21,643 nucleotides of DNA from Candidatus Velthaea sp. (lineage in GTDB: Bacteria; Vulcanimicrobiota; Vulcanimicrobiia; Vulcanimicrobiales; Vulcanimicrobiaceae), in the NCBI GenBank assembly GCA_050012475.1, contig JBEKHC010000086.1:1-21643 (forward strand). Direction: 5' to 3'. Every line of letters starts with the position of its first letter. Position 1 is the first letter of the stretch. A model generated the notes under the pieces. It searched no databases. It was not told the origin of the DNA and saw nothing but the letters and a program-made list of their open reading frames with translations. Below are positions 7,766-16,990 of the stretch, piece after piece. A program made the translations under genes and the position numbers.

Positions 7766-8355
7766 GTCCGGGCCTCATTGGGAAGCGGGTGTGCCGCAAT
7801 ATCGCTGGTTCGCGCTTCAGATAACATCTAAGATTTTCGAACCGGTCGGGGCGATGAACCAGAAATTGACTTACGCTGAGCATTGCCTACGCAGCCTAGA
7901 TACTCCGGTTGTCCTACGGTACCAGAGGCCGGGTGTCGGGTCGATCACCAATTCGACAAGCCGCTTTGGTGGTCACGCTCGACCGACTTGGTGTCTTGAA
8001 CGATCCAGTTGCGATTGTCACCTGGTGATCCCGAACACCGTCCGGAACTGCATCGACCTGCGCGATTTCTGTCAGCTTTTCGATCCCGAAAAGTGGAGAG
8101 ATGGTGCGCCGGTCCCGACGAGTTTACGCCGCGGTCAATCGCGCGCGCAGCCCCACCGGTGAGATCGCGTGAAAGCCTGCGCTTCAACACGCCGCGATCT
8201 TGGTCTTTGAGCAAATGAGTTTGAACATGATGTGGATTGCGCTGCGCGCGCAATCCTTCGCGTTTGGGCCTATGGATTCGTCTCGGCTTCGCTCGACGAA
8301 CCCCCCAATCCGGAAGGTGTGGGCGTACGAGCGCAGCCGAGGGCACCCATCCTGT

Positions 8356-8382
8356 CGTCGCCTGTCCGACACGTCGGACAAA
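8356..8382. repeat. Palindromic repeat copy 2: CGTCGCC-TGTCCGAC-AC-GTCGGACA-AA
   Basis: Perfect 8-bp inverted repeat at 8363-8380, in the same orientation as copy 1. The 27-mer begins 17 nt downstream of the malQ stop. Confidence 0.85.
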
Positions 8383-8399
8383 CTAGGCGGAAGAGTGAG

Positions 8400-10448
8400 T
8401 CAGAGTTCGTTTGTAGTCGCTTGGCGCGGACGTTCGCTGCGCAGCACGTCACAGAGCGCGGCGAAGCGCCGGTCGCTGCCGATCGTTTCCAAGTCCAGGC
8501 TGAGCTTACGGCGCCAGTTGGGGTATTGTTCGGTCGTGCCGGGGACGTTGACCGGGAGTACTTCGCCGATGGCGTCCTCGATTTGCATCATGACGATCCG
8601 CGCCGGCGAACGCGCGAGAAACCGGTGCGCGGCGAGGAGCACGTCTTCGGCGGCCGGTTTGTCGCAGTCGAGGTCGCCGCAGCGGCGCAGTGTCGAAATG
8701 AGCCGTTGCCGGTCGACATCGCGCTCGGCCCGTTCGCGCGGCACGAGATTCGGGTCGCCGACGCCCAGAGCTGCGCGCAGATCGATGTCTGAACCGGCAA
8801 GCCACGCCGCGAACGTCGCGAGGTCGTGCGTGCCGGTTGCCGCCAGACTCAGTGCCGGATAGCGTTCGGCGGGGATGAAGTCGCCGTTCGAATCGCGCTC
8901 GAAGAACAGGATGCGATACGACAGCACGCCGGCCCGTTTCATCCGTTCGCGAAACCCGTCCGGCACCGTCCCCAAATCCTCGCCGATCACGCTGCATTTG
9001 GCGCGCGAGCTCTCGAGCGCGAGCACGCCCAGCAAATCCTCGAACGGGTACTGCACGTACGTACCTTCCGATGCCGAACGTCCGCGCAGCGACCAGAACA
9101 AACGCGTGAGCGACATCGCGTGATCGATGCGCAGCGCGCCGGCGGCGTGCATGTTGGCGCGAAAGAGTTCGGCGACGGTGCGATAGCCGTCGCGGGTCAG
9201 CGCGTTGGGATCCAGCGGCGGTAAGCCCCAATCCTGGCCGTCCGGATTGAGCAGGTCCGGCGGCGCGCCTACACTCACCGACGGAACGTAGGCCTCCGCA
9301 TCGATCCAAGCATCGGCGCCGTTGGGGTCGACGCCGACGGCGAGATCGCGATAGAGTTCGACCTCGCAGCGGCGGGCGAAGTCGGCGGCTTTCTCGAGTT
9401 GACGGCCCGCGTGATACTGGAGATATTTCGCGTACTCGATGGCCGGCCGCTCCGCCTGCGTGAACGTCTTGACGTCGTCGGTGCTCGGAGTGCGATAGGT
9501 CGGCGGCCAATCGGCGACGTGCGGTCCGAAGCGTTCGGCGAGCGTCTCGAAAATGGCGAAGCGCTCGAGCGCGACGCCGCCGGCTCGAACGAAGATCCGA
9601 AAGTCGTCGTCGAGGGCCGGCCGGGCGCCGAGCACCTTGAAGCAGCGGCGCAGGATCGCGTCCTTCGCGCGCGCGACGCCGGCGTAGTCGACGATCGAGG
9701 TTGTCCGCAGCGCCGTCAGCGTCGCGGTGAACGCCGGTTCGCACAGCGCGGAGCGCACGCGCGGGTCGGCGGCCTCGGGGACGGCTTCGACGTCGATGTA
9801 GAGCCAGTTCAGGAATCGGCGCGACGTCGGCGCGTAGGGACTCGCGGCGCTGGGATTGTTGCGGTGCGGCGCGTGCAGCGGATTGAGCCCGACGTAGGTC
9901 GCGCCCACGTCGGCCGCCAGCCGGATGAAGCCCAGCAGATCGGTGAAGTCGCCGATGCCCCAATTGCGCGCCGACCGCACCGTGTAGAGCTGAATGGCGA
10001 TGCCCCAATCGCGCTCGCGCGGCGAAACGTACACGCAGGATGGAACCACGATGAGCGCGGCTTCGGCGGTGCCGTACACCCCGGCGTCGACGGCGATGCG
10101 GTGATAGCCCAGCGGCAGCGCCGCGACCGTGATGCGCCGGCGGTCGTACGGAACGCGATCGCGATCGAAGCGGCCGACGACGGGGGCTTCGCGCAATTCG
10201 GCGGTTCCGCGTGCGACCGTCCCGTCTTCGTGCGCGATCGTCCAGTTCAAGCGTTCGGTCCAGCTCGTCGCCGGCAGACTCACCACGAACGCGGGCTGCA
10301 CGTCGTCGCGAATGACGGTCGCCGGGGCGATGATGCGCTCGCCGCCGCTCGCCGGCCGGAGCAACGCGGCGAAGGCATCGCGCGTCGCCTGCGGGACGAT
10401 CCGTTCGACGCCGAAAGCGTCGACGTAGCGTTCGTCGATCGCGTTCAC
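8400..10448 (-). CDS. malQ: 4-alpha-glucanotransferase (amylomaltase, GH77), ~682 aa
   Basis: Motifs WGIAIQLY...NWGIGDF, GLNPLH, SPYAP, YRDLAVG, GAPPD...GQDWGLPP, ALRIDHA, IGEDLGTVP, THD and NVPGT...PNWRRKL. The GTG start at 10448 overlaps the glgX TGA stop (GTGA coupling). Confidence 0.93.
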   Translation of the reverse strand: MNAIDERYVDAFGVERIVPQATRDAFAALLRPASGGERIIAPATVIRDDVQPAFVVSLPATSWTERLNWTIAHEDGTVARGTAELREAPVVGRFDRDRVPYDRRRITVAALPLGYHRIAVDAGVYGTAEAALIVVPSCVYVSPRERDWGIAIQLYTVRSARNWGIGDFTDLLGFIRLAADVGATYVGLNPLHAPHRNNPSAASPYAPTSRRFLNWLYIDVEAVPEAADPRVRSALCEPAFTATLTALRTTSIVDYAGVARAKDAILRRCFKVLGARPALDDDFRIFVRAGGVALERFAIFETLAERFGPHVADWPPTYRTPSTDDVKTFTQAERPAIEYAKYLQYHAGRQLEKAADFARRCEVELYRDLAVGVDPNGADAWIDAEAYVPSVSVGAPPDLLNPDGQDWGLPPLDPNALTRDGYRTVAELFRANMHAAGALRIDHAMSLTRLFWSLRGRSASEGTYVQYPFEDLLGVLALESSRAKCSVIGEDLGTVPDGFRERMKRAGVLSYRILFFERDSNGDFIPAERYPALSLAATGTHDLATFAAWLAGSDIDLRAALGVGDPNLVPRERAERDVDRQRLISTLRRCGDLDCDKPAAEDVLLAAHRFLARSPARIVMMQIEDAIGEVLPVNVPGTTEQYPNWRRKLSLDLETIGSDRRFAALCDVLRSERPRQATTNEL

Positions 10449-12523
10449 AACGAGCGACCGGCGAACACCGCGAGCGAGCGCGTTCGGAGTTTGTACTCGG
10501 CGGCCCGCTCGAGCGAGACGTTCGCGACCGGTGCGCCGTCGAGCGACGTGTCGAGCGCCAGTGTCCACTCGATTTTGTCGGCTTCGGGCAGTTTGAAGCC
10601 CACGTCGATGTCGGCGGCGTTGAAGAGCATCGTCAGCAGCGGGCGGGCGCCGAAGTATACGCCGATGGCCCGTAATGGCTGGTGCCAGTCATAGGGCGTC
10701 ATCTCGGTACCGGTATCGCGCAGCCAGGTGATGTCTTTGCGTTTGGTATTGGGCAGGAACGAGCCGCGGAAATACGCGTCGCTGCGAAACGCCGGCAATC
10801 CCTTGCGCATCCGGATGACCATCTGCACGAAGCTCGTGAGCGCCAGATCGCGATCGGTGCGCGCGTTCCAGTCCAGCCACGAGATCTCGTTGTCTTGACA
10901 GTAGGCGTTGTTATTGCCGCCTTGCGAGTTGCCGAACTCGTCGCCCGCGAGCAGCAGCGGGACGCCCAGCGAAAAGAACAGCGACGCCAGCAGATTGCGT
11001 TTTTGCCGTTCGCGCAGTTTGAGAATCTCGCGATCCTCGGTCGGGCCCTCGACGCCGCAATTCCAACTTTCGTTGTCGTCGGCCCCGTCGCGGTTGCCTT
11101 CGAGGTTGGCTTCGTTGTGTTTGTGATTGTACGAAACGAGGTCGGTGAGCGTGAACCCGTCGTGCACGGTGACGAGGTTGATGCTCGACCGCGGCCGCCG
11201 GCCGTCCCAGGCGAAGAGATCGCTCGAACCGGCCAGGCGCGACGCCAGCTCGGGCAGCACGCCGTCGGTGCCTTTCCAGAAGCGCCGGATCGTGTCGCGA
11301 TAGCGGCCATTCCATTCCGACCAGCCCGGCGGAAAGTTCCCGACCTGATAGCCGCCCATGCCCAGATCCCAGGGTTCGGCAATGACTTTGACCCGAGAAA
11401 GGACCGGATCTTGGGCGACGGCTTTGAAGAACGCCGCATCGCGCGCGTAGCCGTTCTTTTCACGCGCGACCGACACCGCGAGATCGAAGCGGAAGCCGTC
11501 GACGTGCATCTCTTCCACCCAGTAGCGCAGCGAGTCCATGACCAGCTGCAGCACCCGCGGATGGCGCAGGTCCAGCGTGTTGCCGCAGCCCGTGGAGTCA
11601 TCGTAGTAGCGCGGGTCGTCGCCCGCGCGGTAGTACGAGCGGTTGTCGATGCCGCGCAATGAGAGCGTCGGGCCGAGGTGATTGCCTTCGGCGGTGTGAT
11701 TGTACACGACGTCGAGGATGACTTCGATCCCGGCGTCGTGCAGCAGCTTGACCATCGTCTTGAACTCGCTGAGCCCGCCGTTGAGATAACGCGGTTCGGG
11801 CGCGAAGAACGCCAGCGAGTTGTAGCCCCAATAATTGCGCAGGCGCCGTTCGACCAGAAAGCGGTCGTCGATGAAGGCATGTACCGGCAACAGTTCGACC
11901 GCCGTGATGCCCAAGTCCACGAGGTACGAGATGACCGCCGGCGACGACAGCCCGGCGAACGTTCCGCGCAGCGCGGGCGGCACGCCCGGGTGCAGCTGGG
12001 TGTAGCCGCGCACGTGCAGTTCGTAGAAGATGGTTTGCTGCCAGGGAACGTTCGGGCGCCGGTCGTCGCCCCAGGTGAAGGCCGTGTCGACGACCACGCC
12101 TTTGGGGATGCCCGACGCGTTGTCGCGCCGGTCGAACGAGAGATCGCCGTTGCGCGCGCCGATGCGATAGCCGTAGTTCGCATCGCTCCAGCGCAAGCTT
12201 CCCGAGAGCTCTTTGGCGTACGGATCGACGAGCAGCTTGTGGTGATTGAAGCGATGACCGTTGGCCGGATCGTAGGGTCCGTAAACGCGGTAGCCGTACA
12301 GCGTCCCCGGGCGCGCGTCCGACAGGTAGCCGTGCCAGACTTGGTCGGTGTATTCCGGAAGCTGGTGGCGCATGAGCTCGCGCCGGCCGCGCGAGTCGAA
12401 GATGCACAGTTCGACCCGTTCGGCATGGGCCGAGAACAGCGCGAAGTTGACGCCCTTGCCGTCCCAGGTTGCGCCGAGCGGAAACGGCAGCCCCGGGCCG
12501 ATCCGCGAACGCGAGGTGATCAC
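10445..12523 (-). CDS. glgX: Glycogen debranching enzyme GlgX/TreX (canonical), ~692 aa
   Basis: Motifs PFPLGATWDGKGVNFALFS, FYELHVRG, NYWGYN, DVVYNHTAEG, DGFRFDLA, IAEPWD, VHDGFTL, HNEAN...SWNCG and GNNNAYCQDN. Probable GTG start at 12523, because the track's extension to 12733 overlaps the upstream gene. Confidence 0.93.
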   Translation of the reverse strand: MITSRSRIGPGLPFPLGATWDGKGVNFALFSAHAERVELCIFDSRGRRELMRHQLPEYTDQVWHGYLSDARPGTLYGYRVYGPYDPANGHRFNHHKLLVDPYAKELSGSLRWSDANYGYRIGARNGDLSFDRRDNASGIPKGVVVDTAFTWGDDRRPNVPWQQTIFYELHVRGYTQLHPGVPPALRGTFAGLSSPAVISYLVDLGITAVELLPVHAFIDDRFLVERRLRNYWGYNSLAFFAPEPRYLNGGLSEFKTMVKLLHDAGIEVILDVVYNHTAEGNHLGPTLSLRGIDNRSYYRAGDDPRYYDDSTGCGNTLDLRHPRVLQLVMDSLRYWVEEMHVDGFRFDLAVSVAREKNGYARDAAFFKAVAQDPVLSRVKVIAEPWDLGMGGYQVGNFPPGWSEWNGRYRDTIRRFWKGTDGVLPELASRLAGSSDLFAWDGRRPRSSINLVTVHDGFTLTDLVSYNHKHNEANLEGNRDGADDNESWNCGVEGPTEDREILKLRERQKRNLLASLFFSLGVPLLLAGDEFGNSQGGNNNAYCQDNEISWLDWNARTDRDLALTSFVQMVIRMRKGLPAFRSDAYFRGSFLPNTKRKDITWLRDTGTEMTPYDWHQPLRAIGVYFGARPLLTMLFNAADIDVGFKLPEADKIEWTLALDTSLDGAPVANVSLERAAEYKLRTRSLAVFAGRSL

Positions 12524-12593
12524 CAGGCTTGGGCCGGCCGGCGGGCGGCTTCGGCGAAGCCGAAACGCGACGGGCTGCGCGTAGCGCAGTCCG

Positions 12594-13946
12594 CTAGGAG
12601 ACGAGCAATCGGGCCAGGCTCGGCAGAGCCTCGGCATAGGTCGGATGGATGTGGACCGATTGCTCGAGTTTCTGCCACGGACTGCCGGCCTCCATGTGTG
12701 CGAGAAAAACGTGGACGAGTTCGCCGGCCTCATAACCGACGAGCGTCGCTCCTAGAATCATGTTGCTTGTTGTATCGACGACCATGCGATAGAACCCGTT
12801 CGTTTCGTTCCATTCGATGGCCCGGGCGACGTTCTCGAGCTCGAGCGTGACGCAGCGGACCTGGTGCCCGGCCTGCAGCGCCGCCTCGTGGGTGAGTCCG
12901 ACCCGGCCGACCTGCGGATCGGTGAAGACGGCGTAGCCCAGCACGCGGTCGGCGCGCGTGCGCGACAGATCGCCGCCCAGGATCGCCTTGAGCCGCCGGT
13001 AGTCCTCCCACGAGACGTGCGTAAATTGCGGTTGCCCGGCGACGTCGCCCAGCGCGTACACGCCGGGAACCGACGTCCGCAGATGCTCGTCGACGGCGAT
13101 ATAGCCGCGCGCGTCCAGCGCGATCCCGGCCGCTGCGGCGCCGGCCGGAATGTTCGGGGCGCGGCCGGCAGCGACGAGCAGCGCTTCCCCGGCGACCTGC
13201 GAGCCGTCGGCCAATTCCAGCGCGTACGTCGTGCCGTCGAACGTGACGCCCGTCGTGGTCGCGGCGAGGTGGAGCGTGATCCCGTCGCGCGCGAACGACC
13301 GCTGCAGCGCCGCTGAAACGGCGGGCTCCTCGTTGGTGAGCACGCGCTCGGCGCTGTGCACGATGTGGACCTCGCTGCCGCAGCGTGCCAGCCCTTGGCC
13401 CAGCTCGAGCCCGATGTAGCCCCCGCCGATCACCAAGGTGCGACGCGGCAGCACGGTTTGGTCGAAAAATGTCAGATTCGTCAAGTAGGGCAGCCCGGCG
13501 ATGCCGGCGATCTGCGGGATTGCCGGGCGCGTGCCCGTATCGACGACGATCGTGGCGGCGGTATAGTGCTCGCCGGCGGCCGCCAAGGTGTGCGGCCCGG
13601 CGAAGGCGGCTTCGGCGCGCACGAGTTCGATCGCCGGATGCTTGGCAAACTTGGCTTCGACGCCGCCGTTCCAGTCGGCCACGACTGCCCGCACGCGCTC
13701 CATCACCGCCGGAAAATCGACCCGCACGTCGGCCTTGACGCCGATGTCGGCGGCGCGCCGCGCCCGGCCGGCGGCGTGCGCCGAGGCCAAAAACGCCTTG
13801 GAAGGCGTGCAGCCCACGTTGACACAGCTGCCGCCCAGTTTCCCGCGCTCGAACACCACGACGCGTTTGCCGGCGGCGGCAAGATCGATTGCCAACGGCA
13901 CGCCGCCCTGGCCCGTACCGACGATCGCAACGTCAAAGTCGTGCAT
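12594..13946 (-). CDS. FAD-dependent pyridine nucleotide-disulfide oxidoreductase (class I; MerA/RclA/Lpd-like), 450 aa
   Basis: FAD motif GTGQGG, redox-active pair GGSCVNVGCTPSK, NAD(P)H motif GGGYIGLE, VYALGD and C-terminal HPTYAE. GAGGAG RBS. No NmerA domain and no C-terminal CC pair, so it is not called merA. Confidence 0.9.
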   Translation of the reverse strand: MHDFDVAIVGTGQGGVPLAIDLAAAGKRVVVFERGKLGGSCVNVGCTPSKAFLASAHAAGRARRAADIGVKADVRVDFPAVMERVRAVVADWNGGVEAKFAKHPAIELVRAEAAFAGPHTLAAAGEHYTAATIVVDTGTRPAIPQIAGIAGLPYLTNLTFFDQTVLPRRTLVIGGGYIGLELGQGLARCGSEVHIVHSAERVLTNEEPAVSAALQRSFARDGITLHLAATTTGVTFDGTTYALELADGSQVAGEALLVAAGRAPNIPAGAAAAGIALDARGYIAVDEHLRTSVPGVYALGDVAGQPQFTHVSWEDYRRLKAILGGDLSRTRADRVLGYAVFTDPQVGRVGLTHEAALQAGHQVRCVTLELENVARAIEWNETNGFYRMVVDTTSNMILGATLVGYEAGELVHVFLAHMEAGSPWQKLEQSVHIHPTYAEALPSLARLLVS

Positions 13947-13961
13947 GATCTCCTCGAACGA

Positions 13962-16673
13962 TCACCGGCGGCTGAGCAGCGAGACCGGTACGTCGAAATC
14001 CCATGCCAGCGGCGGACGGTCGGAACCTTCGTACTCGGCGATTTGCTGGATGAGTTTGGCGACCAGCGCGGTCCATCCGGTCTGATGTGAGGCGCCCAGC
14101 CCCGCCCCGGTGTCGCCGTGAAAGTATTCGTAGAAGGCGATCAAGTCGCGCCAGTGCGGATCGGTTTGAAAAAGTTCTTGCGCGCCGTTGACGGGCCGCC
14201 GGCCCGCCGCATCGCGCCGGAAGATGCCGATCAGGCGTTGCGCCATCTCCAAGGAGATGTCCCAGAGCGAAAGCTCCCGTCCCGAACCCGTCGGGAACTC
14301 GATCTTGAACTCGTCGCCCAAATAAAAATGAAAGCGCTGCAGCGATTCGATGAACAGGTAATTGAGCGGAAACCAAACCGGACCGCGCCAATTCGAGTTG
14401 CCGCCGAAGGTTGCCGTCGACGATTCTCCCGGCTCGTAATCGACGCGAAACGTCGCGCCGCCGACGTTGAGCAAAAACGGGTTCTCGGCGTGAAACTTCG
14501 AGAGGGAACGCAGGCCGTACGGACACAGGAACTCGTCGTCGGCGAAGAAGTGGGTGAGCACGCGTTTGAGCTTTTCGGGCGTCACGATCGCCATCAGGCG
14601 CCGCTCTTCGAGGCCTTTCTTCTCCAGGTGGGCGACGTTCTCGCTGAGCTCGGGCCGGTTTTTGATGAACCAATCGATGCGTTTCTTGAGCCGCGGGAGT
14701 TTGTCGAGCGCGCTGCTGGAGATGGTTTCGACGGCAAAGAGCGGGATGAGTCCCACCATCGAGCGCACTTTGAGCGCGATCCGCTGGTTGTCCGGCAAAT
14801 ACAGCTGGTCGTAGTAGAAGCCGTCGAAGTCATCCCACAGACCTTCGTCGCCCGACCGCAGCGAATTCATCGCATCCGCGATATAGAGAAAATGCTCGAA
14901 GAATTTGGAGGCGATGTCCTCGTACACCGGATCGTGCTTGGCCAGTTCGACCGCGATCACCAGCATGTTGAGCGAGTAGACGCCCATCCAGCTGGTGCCG
15001 TCGGCCTGCGCGAGATAGCCGCCGGTGGGCAAGGCGGCGCTGCGATCGAACACGCCGATGTTGTCCAAACCCAGGAAGCCGCCCTGGAAAACGTTCTTGC
15101 CGGCGACGTCTTTGCGGTTCACCCACCAGGTGAAATTGAGCAGCAGCTTGGTGAACACGCGTTCGAGAAAAGTGATGTCGCCGGTGCCGTAGTGCTTGGC
15201 TTCGATCTTGTACGTTCGATAGGCGGCCCACGCCTGAACCGGCGGATTGACGTCGTCGAACGACCACTCGTAGGCCGGAATCTGGCCGTTGGGATGCATG
15301 TAAAACTCACGCGTGAGCGTGAGCTGCTGCGCTTTGGCGAAGCCCGGATCGATGATCGCCAGCGGGATCACGTGAAAAGCCAGATCCCACGATGCATACC
15401 AGGGATACTCCCAGGTGTCGGGCATCGAAAGAATGTCGTCGTTGTAGAGATGGATCCAGCCGGCGTTGCGCCCGCGCGACCGCGGCTCGGGCGGCGGCGG
15501 CATGAGCGGATCGCCCATGAGCCAATCGCGCACGATGTAACAATAATACTGCTTGGACCACAGCAGTCCGGCAAAGGCCTGGCGCTGGATGTTGCGCTCG
15601 TCGTCGCCGAGCGTGCCGGGGATCGCGCTGCGATAGAAGAGGTCGGCTTCGTGACGGCGCTGATCGAAGACGGTATCGAACTCCCGATCGATGCCCGGGC
15701 TATCGGCGCGATCGGTCAAGCGCAGCCGGATCGTTTGCGTTGCGCCCGGATCGATCGTTGCGCGGTAGTGCAGCGCCGCTTTGGTGCCGACACGCGCGCG
15801 GTTGATCGCGCGCGTGTCGCCGCCGACCACATACCGGTCGATCCCGTCTTTGGTGTAGCGCGTCGGGCTCTGTGTTCCGAACGCTTCGCGATAGTTCGTC
15901 TCGTTGTCGGTAAAGAGCCGGTCGCGCGCGTTCGTATCGTGAAAGAACCAGCGCTTGCCCAGGGTCGCATGTTCGAGCACGAGCGCTTGGGCGTGCTGCG
16001 CCGAGTCCGCGATCGAGGGTTTGTGCACGCCCGTGCTCCAGGCCCATTCGTTGCGGAACCAGACGGTCGGCAAGATGTGCAGCGGCGCTGCCGCGTGACC
16101 GCGGTTCGTCGCGCTGATCCGAATCAGCACGTCGTCGATGCCGTTCTTGGCGTACTCGACGCAGATGTCGAAATAACGGTCGTCGGCGAAGACGCCGGTG
16201 TCGGCCAGTTCGTACTCCGGATCGTTGCGCGTGCGCCCGTTGTTGATCCGCAGCAGATCTTCGTACGGAAAGCGGCGCTGCGGGTATTTGTAAACACCCT
16301 TCATGTACGCGTGCGACGGGACGTTGTCGAGATAATACCAGTATTCCTTAACGTCCTCGCCGTGGTTGCCTTGCGTCCCGCCCACGCCGTAGAAGCGCTC
16401 TTTGAGAAACGGGTCGTTGCCGTTCCAGAACGCCGGCGCGAAGCACAGCCGCTGATGATTGTCGCTGATCCCGAGGATCCCGTCCTCACCCCAGCGATAC
16501 GTGCGCACGCGCGACTGCTCGAACGGAAAATAGTCCCAGGCCGTGCCGTTCGGGCTGTAGTCCTCGCGCACGGTTCCCCATTGCCGGTCGCTCAAGTACG
16601 GTCCCCACCGCCGCCAATGCGCCGTACGGCGCTCGGCAGCAAGGATGCGCTCCCGCTCCGGATTCATGTCCAT
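13962..16673 (-). CDS. GH63/MGH1-like glucosidase (YMR196W-type), ~903 aa
   Basis: Motifs WRRWGPYLSDRQWGTVREDYS, GNHGEDVKE, SMPDTWEYPWYASWDLAFH, GGFLGLDNIG, GGNSNWRGPVW and FYEYFHGDTGAGLGASHQTGWT. Start is ATG 16673 or 16667; the track's longer N-terminal extension does not look protein-like. Confidence 0.88.
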   Translation of the reverse strand: MDMNPERERILAAERRTAHWRRWGPYLSDRQWGTVREDYSPNGTAWDYFPFEQSRVRTYRWGEDGILGISDNHQRLCFAPAFWNGNDPFLKERFYGVGGTQGNHGEDVKEYWYYLDNVPSHAYMKGVYKYPQRRFPYEDLLRINNGRTRNDPEYELADTGVFADDRYFDICVEYAKNGIDDVLIRISATNRGHAAAPLHILPTVWFRNEWAWSTGVHKPSIADSAQHAQALVLEHATLGKRWFFHDTNARDRLFTDNETNYREAFGTQSPTRYTKDGIDRYVVGGDTRAINRARVGTKAALHYRATIDPGATQTIRLRLTDRADSPGIDREFDTVFDQRRHEADLFYRSAIPGTLGDDERNIQRQAFAGLLWSKQYYCYIVRDWLMGDPLMPPPPEPRSRGRNAGWIHLYNDDILSMPDTWEYPWYASWDLAFHVIPLAIIDPGFAKAQQLTLTREFYMHPNGQIPAYEWSFDDVNPPVQAWAAYRTYKIEAKHYGTGDITFLERVFTKLLLNFTWWVNRKDVAGKNVFQGGFLGLDNIGVFDRSAALPTGGYLAQADGTSWMGVYSLNMLVIAVELAKHDPVYEDIASKFFEHFLYIADAMNSLRSGDEGLWDDFDGFYYDQLYLPDNQRIALKVRSMVGLIPLFAVETISSSALDKLPRLKKRIDWFIKNRPELSENVAHLEKKGLEERRLMAIVTPEKLKRVLTHFFADDEFLCPYGLRSLSKFHAENPFLLNVGGATFRVDYEPGESSTATFGGNSNWRGPVWFPLNYLFIESLQRFHFYLGDEFKIEFPTGSGRELSLWDISLEMAQRLIGIFRRDAAGRRPVNGAQELFQTDPHWRDLIAFYEYFHGDTGAGLGASHQTGWTALVAKLIQQIAEYEGSDRPPLAWDFDVPVSLLSRR

Positions 16674-16990
16674 ATACGATCCAAGGTCCGGACGTCGGAC
16701 AAGGTTTCCTTTCGACGTAAGCCTATGCGAACGACCCGCCCGCGAGCCGCCGAGGATGAAGGCTTTTTTGCTGGGTGTGACAGGCGCTTGGCACAGAAAT
16801 GTTCCATACTCATGGTGTCGGGCGGAAACGCAACGACATCGCCCGCAAAGACGGCAAAGTCGGAGCGCGGGAGAGGGGCCGAGTTGCGGCCCATGAGTGA
16901 GGCGCATGCCGGCGAGGAGCCGGTTCTCGTGCAAGGATGCGCGGTGAAGCCACACACAACGAATCGACGCAACCCACAAGGCATGCAACG

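Noticed and set aside
6551..8382. Reading the palindromic repeats as a CRISPR array, integron attC sites or IS ends
   Set aside because: Only two full copies 1.8 kb apart, no RYYYAAC/GTTRRRY cores, and no cas, integrase or transposase gene in the window.
12594..13946. Calling the oxidoreductase merA or lpdA
   Set aside because: No C-terminal Cys-Cys pair, NmerA domain or mer genes, and no dehydrogenase-complex context.
16788..16805. TTGGCAC as a sigma54 -24 box (also GGCAC near 3205 and 7795)
   Set aside because: The required -12 TTGC is absent at the correct spacing in all three cases.
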